64,000 nucleotides of DNA, taken from IMG/VR virus record IMGVR_UViG_3300034062_006192. One strand, given 5' to 3'. Shown piece after piece: positions 35,401 to 43,316 of this stretch. Source of the DNA: an uncultured virus (IMG/VR IMGVR_UViG_3300034062_006192) (Duplodnaviria > Heunggongvirae > Uroviricota > Caudoviricetes). The notes beneath the pieces were generated by a model that did no database searches, was not told the DNA's origin, and saw only the letters and a program-made list of their open reading frames with translations. Positions within the stretch are counted from its first letter, which is position 1. Every line of letters begins with the position of its first letter. The position numbers were made by a program, and so were the translations under genes.

Positions 35401-37048
35401 CCTGAAGGGTGGCCCTCCAATCCACGCCGTCGGGGTTTTCGATCCAGATCAGGGTGCCCGCAGCCAGGCTGTAACCGCCAGCCGCCAGCACTGCCGGCAC
35501 CGCCGGATCGGCGCCTGTTGCCAGGGGGGTCGTCAGGGTGATGGTGCTGCCGGAGATGGTCGAGACAAGGCCCAGCGGGATGCGGCGGATGTTGCCGGTC
35601 TGATCGGCCACACTGCGGGCCACCCTGAGGCGCCGCAGGTTCCAATTACTATCCAGGGCCACGCTGGCGTTCTGGTAACCCTTGGCCACCGCAACGCAAC
35701 CGCCAAAATTGGAGGTGGAGTTGGAGAACTCCATCTGCGCGCCGCTGTCCGCCAGGTGGTGACGACCGGCGCCGATGGCAAAGATGCTTACCAGCTGGCC
35801 AAAGGCATCGTTAATCAGGCTGATGTGGCGGCTCATCCGACGTGGCTTCATCCGCACGTCGTCGGATTCGCTGTCGATCAGCTCCTGGTAGTTGACCGGG
35901 GCTCGCCAGGCGCCGGAGCGGTAGATCTCCCAGCAGCTCAGGTCGCGTTGCTGGCTGATGCCGGTGAATTGCGCCGCCACCAGGCTCTTGAGGCCAGCCA
36001 GGCGTGCGCCATCCCAAAACACGCCCGACATGCCCCATTCGGTGCGCAGGGAGCAGTTGTAGATGTACGGGCTCGCTCCCTTGACCGTGTCCCAGGCCTC
36101 GGATGGGTTGCCGCTGATCGGTCCCACCGTCTGCCATTCGGAAGGCCGGGTGACCGCCAGAGCATTGGAGAGGTTGCCGCTGTTGCTGGCCCCGCCCATG
36201 GCGGTGCGCACCTTGGTGTATAGCTGATCCAGATCCGCCTGGCTGGCGTTGTGAAAGCAGTCCAGCAGGTGGTGACTGCTGCTGGCACGGAACTGATCCC
36301 GGAATGTGAACCCGTAGACGTAGCTGGTTGATGTGATCTTGAGAATTGCTGCTCGGTTGCTGTAGTCGGCGGCCTCATCCGCCGCGGCCGGCACGTAGGA
36401 GGGGCGGGCGGTGGTTTGCCGCAGGCTGAGGGGAGCGCTGGCCGTGGCGTAGCGAGGCAACACGATGCCGCCGCTGTTGGGGTTGAAGGCGATCAGGTGG
36501 TTTGGGGTCGGATCAAAGCCGGCCGCCGGCCATTCCGTCACCGGGATGGCGTAGCTGGAATTGCCAGGATCGTTATAGAAAATGTGCGTCCCTGGGCTCA
36601 GCTCCACCGATGGGCAATCGACTTTCGCCTCTTCTGAGTTGATCGTGAAGAAGCTCTTGCTAGTCATCGCCACGATCTCGATCGCTGCGCGGTTGATGGT
36701 GCGGAAGGGCCGCTCCTTGCTGTAACCGCAGGTGCCCCGCTGAAGTTCCAACCGCCTGACTATGGCGGCGATCTTGGCCGCCTCGGTGGCCCCGCCGGGC
36801 TCTTCAAACCAGTTGTAGGAACCACCAACAAACCGATCGCTACCGGTGTACGGGTTGACGTAGATCGTGAAGGGACTATTGAGCGGATCGGCCGGCTCGC
36901 TGTTGCCCGGGGCGATGTTGGCGTTGCCCGCCATCTGCAGCAGGGCATCCACCACCGCAGCCAGCTGGTCCTTGGCACGGAGCTGCCCGCCGGGTCCGAA
37001 GGCGTTACGGATGCCTGCAAGGGCATTCGCAAAACTGATTCGGGCCAT
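32444..37048 (-). CDS. tail fibre / tailspike (receptor-binding) protein
   Basis: 1534 aa; IYVNPYTGSD..PFRTINRA motif typical of cyanophage fibres; last gene of the tail module. Confidence 0.8.
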   Translation of the reverse strand: MARISFANALAGIRNAFGPGGQLRAKDQLAAVVDALLQMAGNANIAPGNSEPADPLNSPFTIYVNPYTGSDRFVGGSYNWFEEPGGATEAAKIAAIVRRLELQRGTCGYSKERPFRTINRAAIEIVAMTSKSFFTINSEEAKVDCPSVELSPGTHIFYNDPGNSSYAIPVTEWPAAGFDPTPNHLIAFNPNSGGIVLPRYATASAPLSLRQTTARPSYVPAAADEAADYSNRAAILKITSTSYVYGFTFRDQFRASSSHHLLDCFHNASQADLDQLYTKVRTAMGGASNSGNLSNALAVTRPSEWQTVGPISGNPSEAWDTVKGASPYIYNCSLRTEWGMSGVFWDGARLAGLKSLVAAQFTGISQQRDLSCWEIYRSGAWRAPVNYQELIDSESDDVRMKPRRMSRHISLINDAFGQLVSIFAIGAGRHHLADSGAQMEFSNSTSNFGGCVAVAKGYQNASVALDSNWNLRRLRVARSVADQTGNIRRIPLGLVSTISGSTITLTTPLATGADPAVPAVLAAGGYSLAAGTLIWIENPDGVDWRATLQANAWSSATPTAIAITAAAAQAGTGEAIGTDSGVSRAVGRRVYVRRLIDTRSRAQRQVTLRLANTTSARVPLRNSIIQTRPGVGGGGISRALAPGGAEVLAVTQTNAIPAEGAGVVLSAEVTLRRCCPDEVYAAGFFYRQGQTVKHGSKHYTAKSTFTSSGSVPNADLWQQSYVQQESSYNAEDPTTLEAPVLIFDTDTDASSDVTATCGITWSTIYSNAGSVRDQLRSATDYRGALALLLALGFTSTAAHAALVPRTEASRELDPANATHFPTAPSGGAASERANWALEFRQPSFIQLLGQNLNGVGFWNYSRALPRARRQLSPLNEFNANFAHEQGGRVEVRGINKDGYEVTNQGLISTDTGEVVAVEGIGGESDQSMSTQFNDISVENLTITGTLDVSGLAALDGGESIAMQANRYGTGVLADAAALRSRSTIAGANDTELNASLNSRPELVSLPGLNYWARQAGVVTRRTGVAVLYVAPDNAATGSTYNFSGVNGTLALDPNRISAQLFDNPPTARETAVLFFRAVEYANAVFSPEETVEYRLADGPYWRDVAFKHIANVIGALDEFPETNTVASWTTASTKPTTNVKALHDANAPFRCPCFASAVTISQATGTTWVGIIRPTKLTFNQAGSIRAIGWLSTTKTMNDTSIYPDALYGAIAGYRGSSITYAAFMDASFNGLIPAGGEMVTIGTRELIDARNGQVSIVDVFIGSQTPSRAFKGYLDPYTLIKLSALGSVSMSGIYLIGNVRLASSDLPLSTAKGVTFNSALLFGTQHSQNLVGSYDSVNGTGFTTSITFPARYRTNYDFNTNQWQANYDTNCIHILDDNGNYGLMANRASTSSNRGATLEAIIGDLAPGTTLNLNGFSRSAEQYAKTNQFAGVAGVFGNAPGGTKGPWGISPVASDAVLLRPGSVDNAVWRSAITGAQVTSDVTLTSSPGGAQESYTLSSSNPHNIRAQAFFRGVNVSTNVTVGGVLFSNRFFA

Positions 37049-37071
37049 GTGCTGCTGCTGCTGTCGACAGG

Positions 37072-38154
37072 CTAGGGCTGGCTCATTGCTGCCAATGGAT
37101 GAGTCCGATCAGCGATGACAAAGCGGACGTCGCCGATCGAAGCGAACTGGCCACGGATCTTCTTGGTTTCGCCGGCCTGGGTGGAGAGGCGCACGTTGGT
37201 CAGGAGGATGTCCAGCTCATAGAAGAGGCACTCCTCCCGGATGAAACCGTGGCCGTTGGAATGGCCCCGGGGCCCGTCGGCCACCAACAGGCGGATGGTG
37301 CCGGTGGCCCCCTTCTTGGTGAGCGTGTCGAGGCGGAGCATGGCGGAGCTGGGGCTGACGCCAGGGGCATAGATGTTGCTGAGCTCTCCGGAGAAGCTCC
37401 CGGCACCGCGCACCTGGCCGGCGAGGACCGCCCCGAAGGCCTCTCCGATCGCCCCCTGGTCGAGGGCCGTGGTGTCAGTCTCCACCTCCCAGCTGGAGAG
37501 ATCCGCCTGCCGCTTCCAGCCCCGCTCATCCGCCGCGGCCCCCGCGTCCCGGATCACAGGCGGCAGGGCCGGCACGATGTCCTCCAGCGCCACCTGAGCC
37601 TCCTCAGGGCGGGGAATGGTGAGGGCCAGGGCCAGCAGGGCCTCGGCATAGCCGGCGCGATCGCTGGCCACGCTGAGGATGAGCCGATCGAATCCCACCA
37701 GGCGAAGGGGCAGGCGGCTGAGCTCGCCGCCGTTCACCGCACCCACCTCGAGGCTGTAGAAGGTGGCGCGCTCCAGGGCATCCTGGTGGATGTAGACGGT
37801 GGCCTGCTGGCTCAGGCCAACGGTGCCGGGGTGCTCCCAAAAGGTGGCGTTGTCGTCAGGGCCCCAGAAGGGCGCATCGGCGCCGACGCGATGGAGGGTG
37901 GCTGGGCCGCTGGAGGCTGCGTCCCCCCAGAAGGAGTGGCCGTCGGGACAGTTGGCGTACCCGGTGCCGAGCACATCGAACGGCACGCCCAAGGGAGCGG
38001 TGAGGAGCACTTGGTCGCCGTTGAGAAAGCAGGGCTCCTCCAGCCGCAGCCGCACCACACTGCCGGGGGCATCGAGCAGGTCATCGGTGAGCACCACCGG
38101 CCGCGGCCAGCTGCGGCTGAGGGTAAGGGTGCCGATCTCGCCATCGATCGCCAT
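37072..38154 (-). CDS. minor tail protein
   Basis: Tail-module position; tube-like beta-rich C-terminal half. Confidence 0.65.
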   Translation of the reverse strand: MAIDGEIGTLTLSRSWPRPVVLTDDLLDAPGSVVRLRLEEPCFLNGDQVLLTAPLGVPFDVLGTGYANCPDGHSFWGDAASSGPATLHRVGADAPFWGPDDNATFWEHPGTVGLSQQATVYIHQDALERATFYSLEVGAVNGGELSRLPLRLVGFDRLILSVASDRAGYAEALLALALTIPRPEEAQVALEDIVPALPPVIRDAGAAADERGWKRQADLSSWEVETDTTALDQGAIGEAFGAVLAGQVRGAGSFSGELSNIYAPGVSPSSAMLRLDTLTKKGATGTIRLLVADGPRGHSNGHGFIREECLFYELDILLTNVRLSTQAGETKKIRGQFASIGDVRFVIADRTHPLAAMSQP

Positions 38155-38157
38155 GGC

Positions 38158-38556
38158 TCAGAACCGGCCGCTCATGTCGCCGTTGACCGTGAGGGAGAGA
38201 GAGCAGGAGATCAGCTCCCGCACGCGCACCGGGGTGCCGAGTGAGGCAGAGAGCACCTCCATGGTGAAGTCGCCGCGTGTGGAGCCGCGACGGGTGACGA
38301 TCCGCAGGGTGTCGACCTCGTCGCTGTCGTCCCAGATGCTGTTCGCCATCGCCACAGCAGGGGCGTTGTCCGGGTCATAGAGGAGGGTGCAGCTGATCTG
38401 CGACTCGCGCATCCCCTTGGTGCTGGTCGTGGCCACCTGACCGATGCCGGTGGTGGGCAGCACGTCACGCGACACTGAAACGGAGGCGTCGGTGATCTTG
38501 CCCACCCGGGAGCCGTTCCAGTACACGTCGCTCTGGGTGGTATTCCTGACGCCCAT
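38158..38556 (-). CDS. tail tube-like minor protein
   Basis: Beta-rich; SVSRDVLPTTGIG...SLSLTVNG. Confidence 0.6.
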   Translation of the reverse strand: MGVRNTTQSDVYWNGSRVGKITDASVSVSRDVLPTTGIGQVATTSTKGMRESQISCTLLYDPDNAPAVAMANSIWDDSDEVDTLRIVTRRGSTRGDFTMEVLSASLGTPVRVRELISCSLSLTVNGDMSGRF

Positions 38557-38612
38557 CCCTGATTCAGCTCATGGCCACATCAGGAGGCTAGGCAGGGGCA
38601 GCGGCCCAGGGC

Positions 38613-39032
38613 CTACGGGCTGTTCTGCAGCCTGGCCTGCAGTTGCACCGGCAGGGTGCAGCGGTGGCGGTATGTGAGCGAGCTCCTGGGGGTGGGGGCG
38701 CCCTGGCCGAGGGGCCAGAACCAGCGCAGGCCTGCGCCGGTGGTGACCGATTCGATAAAAGCCCGATCGGCCGCCGTCACCCCAGCAAAGAGGATGTCGG
38801 GCAGCTCCAGCTCCAGCAGGCCCGAGTAGCTCTGATGGAAGGTGGTGAGGATCTCCGTTGCCTGGGAGGTGCGGATGTTCCCGAACTCCAGCTCCAGGGC
38901 CCCGTTGACTGCCACCGTGCTCCACAGCCGCTGATCCTCGATCCCGGCCTCCGACACCGCACTGGTGATCGGATGGCGCGGCATCACAAACGCAAAGGCG
39001 GTGGGCTCGATGGCCGGGAAGAGGATCTTCAT
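38613..39032 (-). CDS. minor tail (distal tail-like) protein
   Basis: Coupled to the central tail gene; LELEFGNI. Confidence 0.6.
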   Translation of the reverse strand: MKILFPAIEPTAFAFVMPRHPITSAVSEAGIEDQRLWSTVAVNGALELEFGNIRTSQATEILTTFHQSYSGLLELELPDILFAGVTAADRAFIESVTTGAGLRWFWPLGQGAPTPRSSLTYRHRCTLPVQLQARLQNSP

Positions 39033-42000
39033 CCCCGGATCACCCAGGCGTTGGGATCATCCCAATCTAGGGAAAGGCGCAGGCGGCCATCGGCCGCGGT
39101 TGGCATCAGCACCGCCTCGATCTTCTGCCGGCCGTCATCGGTAGGTGTGACGCGCATCACCCGGTAGGTGCGCACCTGGGGGGGGGCGGTGCGGGTCCAG
39201 GCGCTGCCCAGCAGGTTGCCCACTTTGCCGCCGCCGCTGACCGTCAGGGTCTGAAGGGTGGGCCCCGGCGGAGTGGTGCCATCCCAGGCCAGCACCTCAT
39301 AGCTGCCATCGGCCAGGGGCTCAGAGGCCACCAGGGTGCCGTCGGGCAGTACGGCACCGTTGCTGTAGAGGTCCTCCAGCGTCTCGTCGTAGCCCACAGC
39401 GATGTGGTCCTCCGGCGCGATCGGCCGCAGCATGCCGGCATAGGTGGTCTCGAAGGAAATCGGATCGCCCACCAGCCGTCGCCAGCGGATCAGGTACTTG
39501 GCCGCATCGATCAGGTGCCAGCGGTTGGTGCAGCTCTTCGCCATATCCAGCTGCACCACCGGGTCGCTGTCGCTGGCCGAGTCCTCGCGGATCGTGACTT
39601 CCCGCACGGTCGAGAACACACCGGGAGAGAGCAGGTCGTCGTTGCTGCGCTCCTCCCGATACAGCCCGCTCACCTGGATCGGCCGGCGCTGGTCGTCGTC
39701 GCTGGTGGTGCTCTGGAAGGTTCCCGCTTTGATGTTGGCAGCGGTAAACAGGTCAACGATCGGCACCGGATCGAACGACAGGGCCGGCTTGAAATAGAAC
39801 TGCCCATTGAGCTCGTAGAAAGCCAGCAGATGCAGCCCCGCCTGATCGGCCGCCCACTGCCGCAGGTTTTCCGGCTGCGGCAGGGTGCCATCGAAGAAGT
39901 AGCGCCGGTCAAAGCACCACTGCGCCGACGCCAGAAAGCTGGCGGCATTGATCTGCTCAGCGCTCACGTCCTGCCCGGCGCCAAAAACAGGGCTCAGCGC
40001 CAGCCGGGTGAAAATGTCTGGCAGCAGATGGGTTGGCCCCTCGCTGGCCTCGATGTAGCGGGAACAAATGTGGCCGCCAATCACCTGCGCTGACAGCTGG
40101 TTGACGCTCTGAAGCTCCAGGGCGGAGCGGATGTTCATCCCCACCGCGGCAATGCCGGCGTAGGTGGGTGCGGTGGCGTTGGTCTGGACGACGTTGACGT
40201 AGGCGATTTCGTGCTCAGGCCGTTGGCTAGCCGTGCTCTGGATCTCCTCGTAGACAAAGGCCTCCGCCACCTTCCCCCAGGGGTCGGTCATTGCCGTGCC
40301 ATCGGTCCAACCAAGGCCCAGATCCTGTTCAGGCTCGATCGACTTCAGAGCAAAGCGATCGGCCGATCTGGTGAAGGGGGCCTCGCCGGCATAGCGAACG
40401 GTGCAAGCGCCATCCACCACGGTCTGCAGGGTGGCCGTGCGGCTATCGAGCACCACCAGCTGACCAGCAGCGATGCCCGAGCGGATCTCCCAGCCACTGA
40501 GAGGTTCCAGCCGCAGCTGTGCGCAACGGCTGCCAGCCGGGAGCTCCAACTGCAGGCTGTTGTACTGCGCCTGCTGGGTCAGCCCGCGCACGCCGTAGAT
40601 GGAGGGCAGCTCCACAAATGTAGCGGCACCCTCGGGGCGATAGCTGATACGGATGAAGGAATAGCGCTCTTCTACAAAACTTCGTGCGCCACCCTGATAG
40701 ACAGCGATACCGATTTTGCTTCCTGCCCCAAGCGTCTGCCCCTCTCGTTCACCGCCGGCCAGGCGGTTAATCTCTTTCAGCGTTGGCGCTTGCCTGAGGT
40801 TGGCAAACCCGCTGCCTCGAATGCCCACCGTGCTGCGCAGACCGATCTCGATCACCCTGGCCGGCTTGTTTAACGTGAAATCAGCCACCGCGCAGCGATG
40901 GAGATGCCCCCTGCTGGTGCCGCTGGCATAGCGGGGCCCAGGGTCAACCACAGATGAAGTCCAGTCCCAGCCGTTGGACACATCCACTCGGGCGGGATAG
41001 GCCGTTGTCCCTGTCGAGGATGGATTGATGTCTTGTCCTGATGATTTAGTGACGACACCAGCTCTTATGACGCGAAAGCGTGCTGTGATCGGTTGCCCAT
41101 TGCCGACCGGTTGATTGTCAGCATCAGACGAGAATGTCTCGTCCGCCGGGATGCGTTGCTCCAATACTGCCAAGCAACTACCACATTTATAGACTTCACC
41201 CAGCACCAAGCCATCATCAATCGATCGTTGACGACCACTGATCGTTGCCGCTATATCGGTGCCAGTTTCGACGTGAAAGGCACCGCCACCGCCAATGTCG
41301 GTGTTGGTGCTATCAAACCGTAGTTTGGTGTTGGCATCCGTGGTGTTAGAGAGCAGATAATCAAACGTGGCGCCAGCGCTGAGAGTGATGTTCCCATCTG
41401 TGTTGCCATTTGATGTCGCCACGACGCCACAACGACCCGCCCACATCAGCCGGCCCTTCCACACGGCGCCAAGGGCCACCGGATCGTCGGCCGGATCGAT
41501 CGTCTGAGCACCACTGGTGCCCTGGGGCTTTGTGGCGAATTGCCTGGTAGGTCGCAACTGTGGGTTGGTCCGCAACCCCAGGCCATTGCCCATGGTGGCG
41601 TAGAGGCCACAGGTCGTGGAGTTGCTGGGCCGGGAGGCTGCACAGGCGTCGGGACGGATGACGCCGCCGGTGCTGCGCACCTGAAAGACATCAGCGGCAC
41701 CAGCGTTTTCCAAATTGCCGATGTCGTTGGCCGCCAGGCGACCGGCGATGCGGTCGCTGGATCGAATCCGTCCCCCGTTCAGGCGGGCGTAGAGGGTGAC
41801 GCGAGCCGCAGCCTCATTGGCGCCAGCGCTGCCCAGGTCGTAGGAGCGCAAGAGGTTGTTGCCCAGCGCAAAACCGGCCGGATCAATCTCCGCCATCGGC
41901 CCTTCGCCGAGCACGTAGACGCCGCTGAACAGCTGTGAACCACCCAGGCTGGTCATCCGAGACCAGACAAGGCCAAGATCGACGCGGCAGCCGCCGTACC

Positions 42001-42415
42001 AACCCTCGGGCCTGCCATTCAGGGCCGGCAGATACTCCCGCCTGGCAAAGGTGATCGGAATCACGCTGCCCAGCCTTGCCACCTCCTGCAGCGAATCGAA
42101 GCCAGGCCGGGGGGCGTAGCGGGCGCCATCGATGACGGTCTCGCCCTGTTGCTGGCTGCTGATGACCCGGCCGGGCCGCCCCTTGGGCGCCATCAGGGCG
42201 GAAACGATGGTGTAGCCGGCCGAGAGGATGCTGACGGCCAGCGAGACCGCAGCCAGGGTGCCGGGATCGCAGGTGGCGATCGGCGGATTTCGCGTCAGCT
42301 CGATCGCCGCTGCCTGCTGCCGTTTGAGCTGGTAGTGCAGCAGCTGGTCTTCGCTCCAGCCGAGCAGCTGCGCCAGGTAGGCATCACCTGGAAGTGGGCG
42401 GGGGTGTCGCGTCAC
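39029..42415 (-). CDS. central tail tip / host specificity protein (lambda J-like)
   Basis: About 1130 aa following L- and K-like genes; FDSLQEVARLGSVIPITF, INAASFLASAQWC. Confidence 0.75.
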   Translation of the reverse strand: MTRHPRPLPGDAYLAQLLGWSEDQLLHYQLKRQQAAAIELTRNPPIATCDPGTLAAVSLAVSILSAGYTIVSALMAPKGRPGRVISSQQQGETVIDGARYAPRPGFDSLQEVARLGSVIPITFARREYLPALNGRPEGWYGGCRVDLGLVWSRMTSLGGSQLFSGVYVLGEGPMAEIDPAGFALGNNLLRSYDLGSAGANEAAARVTLYARLNGGRIRSSDRIAGRLAANDIGNLENAGAADVFQVRSTGGVIRPDACAASRPSNSTTCGLYATMGNGLGLRTNPQLRPTRQFATKPQGTSGAQTIDPADDPVALGAVWKGRLMWAGRCGVVATSNGNTDGNITLSAGATFDYLLSNTTDANTKLRFDSTNTDIGGGGAFHVETGTDIAATISGRQRSIDDGLVLGEVYKCGSCLAVLEQRIPADETFSSDADNQPVGNGQPITARFRVIRAGVVTKSSGQDINPSSTGTTAYPARVDVSNGWDWTSSVVDPGPRYASGTSRGHLHRCAVADFTLNKPARVIEIGLRSTVGIRGSGFANLRQAPTLKEINRLAGGEREGQTLGAGSKIGIAVYQGGARSFVEERYSFIRISYRPEGAATFVELPSIYGVRGLTQQAQYNSLQLELPAGSRCAQLRLEPLSGWEIRSGIAAGQLVVLDSRTATLQTVVDGACTVRYAGEAPFTRSADRFALKSIEPEQDLGLGWTDGTAMTDPWGKVAEAFVYEEIQSTASQRPEHEIAYVNVVQTNATAPTYAGIAAVGMNIRSALELQSVNQLSAQVIGGHICSRYIEASEGPTHLLPDIFTRLALSPVFGAGQDVSAEQINAASFLASAQWCFDRRYFFDGTLPQPENLRQWAADQAGLHLLAFYELNGQFYFKPALSFDPVPIVDLFTAANIKAGTFQSTTSDDDQRRPIQVSGLYREERSNDDLLSPGVFSTVREVTIREDSASDSDPVVQLDMAKSCTNRWHLIDAAKYLIRWRRLVGDPISFETTYAGMLRPIAPEDHIAVGYDETLEDLYSNGAVLPDGTLVASEPLADGSYEVLAWDGTTPPGPTLQTLTVSGGGKVGNLLGSAWTRTAPPQVRTYRVMRVTPTDDGRQKIEAVLMPTAADGRLRLSLDWDDPNAWVIRG

Positions 42416-42852
42416 AGGATCAGGATGGGCGGGGGAACGGTGACGGCTGACGGAAGGAAGCGAAACCAGCGGCGCACGCGGCAGGCCGCCAGGGGCCGCC
42501 AGTGCACGCCCTGCCCTTGGCAGGTGGTGAGGATCCCGCCAGCCACGCACACCCCTAGGGCGATCGGGGCGCCGCCAGCCAGCAACGCCACATCCAGCGG
42601 CATCGCGCCGGGCACAGTGCTGCTGCCGGCGGCGAGCTCTTGGAGCAGCGGCTTCCAGCGGCCCCGGCCGGCGGCCTCGTACCACTCGCGCTTGATCAGC
42701 GCCGGCCGGGGCGCGTCGTAGAGATCCAGCACGGCCATGGTGAGGCGCAGGCAGTCGGTGCCGCCATGGCGATCCGGATCCCCCCCCCACCGGTAGGGCA
42801 GCCCCAGATAGCGGATCCAGGGTGCGCTTTGGCTGGCGTGCGGCATGGCCAT
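42412..42852 (-). CDS. NlpC/P60-like tail assembly protein (lambda K-like)
   Basis: YLGLPYRWGG...GTDCLRL. Confidence 0.8.
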   Translation of the reverse strand: MAMPHASQSAPWIRYLGLPYRWGGDPDRHGGTDCLRLTMAVLDLYDAPRPALIKREWYEAAGRGRWKPLLQELAAGSSTVPGAMPLDVALLAGGAPIALGVCVAGGILTTCQGQGVHWRPLAACRVRRWFRFLPSAVTVPPPILIL

Positions 42853-43316
42853 CAGGTGAGGAAGATCTGGCCGGTGTCGGGCACCTGCCCCACCAGCTCG
42901 GTGGTCAGCCTTCGGCGCGGTGCATCGCCGCCGAGCGCATCCAGGGGAGAGGTGAGGCTGACGGTGATGATCTCCCGCCGCTCGATCGGGCCCAGCCGCC
43001 ATAGGTGCCGCGAGAGCAGGCGCACGTCACTGCCGGCGGCAACATCGCAGAGGACGACATCGGCGCTGATCTTCCACTGGTTGGCACGGGCCTCGGCCAA
43101 CACGTTTAGGGCCAGCTGGTTGCGGTTCAGTACCAGCCGGCCCTGGGAGCGGTCACCGCCGCGGGCACCGGCCGAATCTGAGATCCGGAAGTTCTGGAAC
43201 ACGTGAGGGCGGCCGTCATAGGTGCGGCTCTGACCGGTGAAGAGGTTTTGCCAGGCGTAGCCGGGCACCGGCTCACCGTCGGCCTGGAAGCTGATGTAGG
43301 CGCAGATGGCGATCAT
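42852..43316 (-). CDS. minor tail protein (lambda L-like position)
   Basis: Coupled after the tape measure gene; LTSPLDAL..PRRRLT..LVG. Confidence 0.7.
   Translation of the reverse strand: MIAICAYISFQADGEPVPGYAWQNLFTGQSRTYDGRPHVFQNFRISDSAGARGGDRSQGRLVLNRNQLALNVLAEARANQWKISADVVLCDVAAGSDVRLLSRHLWRLGPIERREIITVSLTSPLDALGGDAPRRRLTTELVGQVPDTGQIFLT

Noticed and set aside
3923..37664. HIP1 octamer GCGATCGC copies (3923, 6815, 17828, 22850, 37657) as a host signature
   Set aside because: Only a handful noticed; not clearly above chance for this GC content without a formal count
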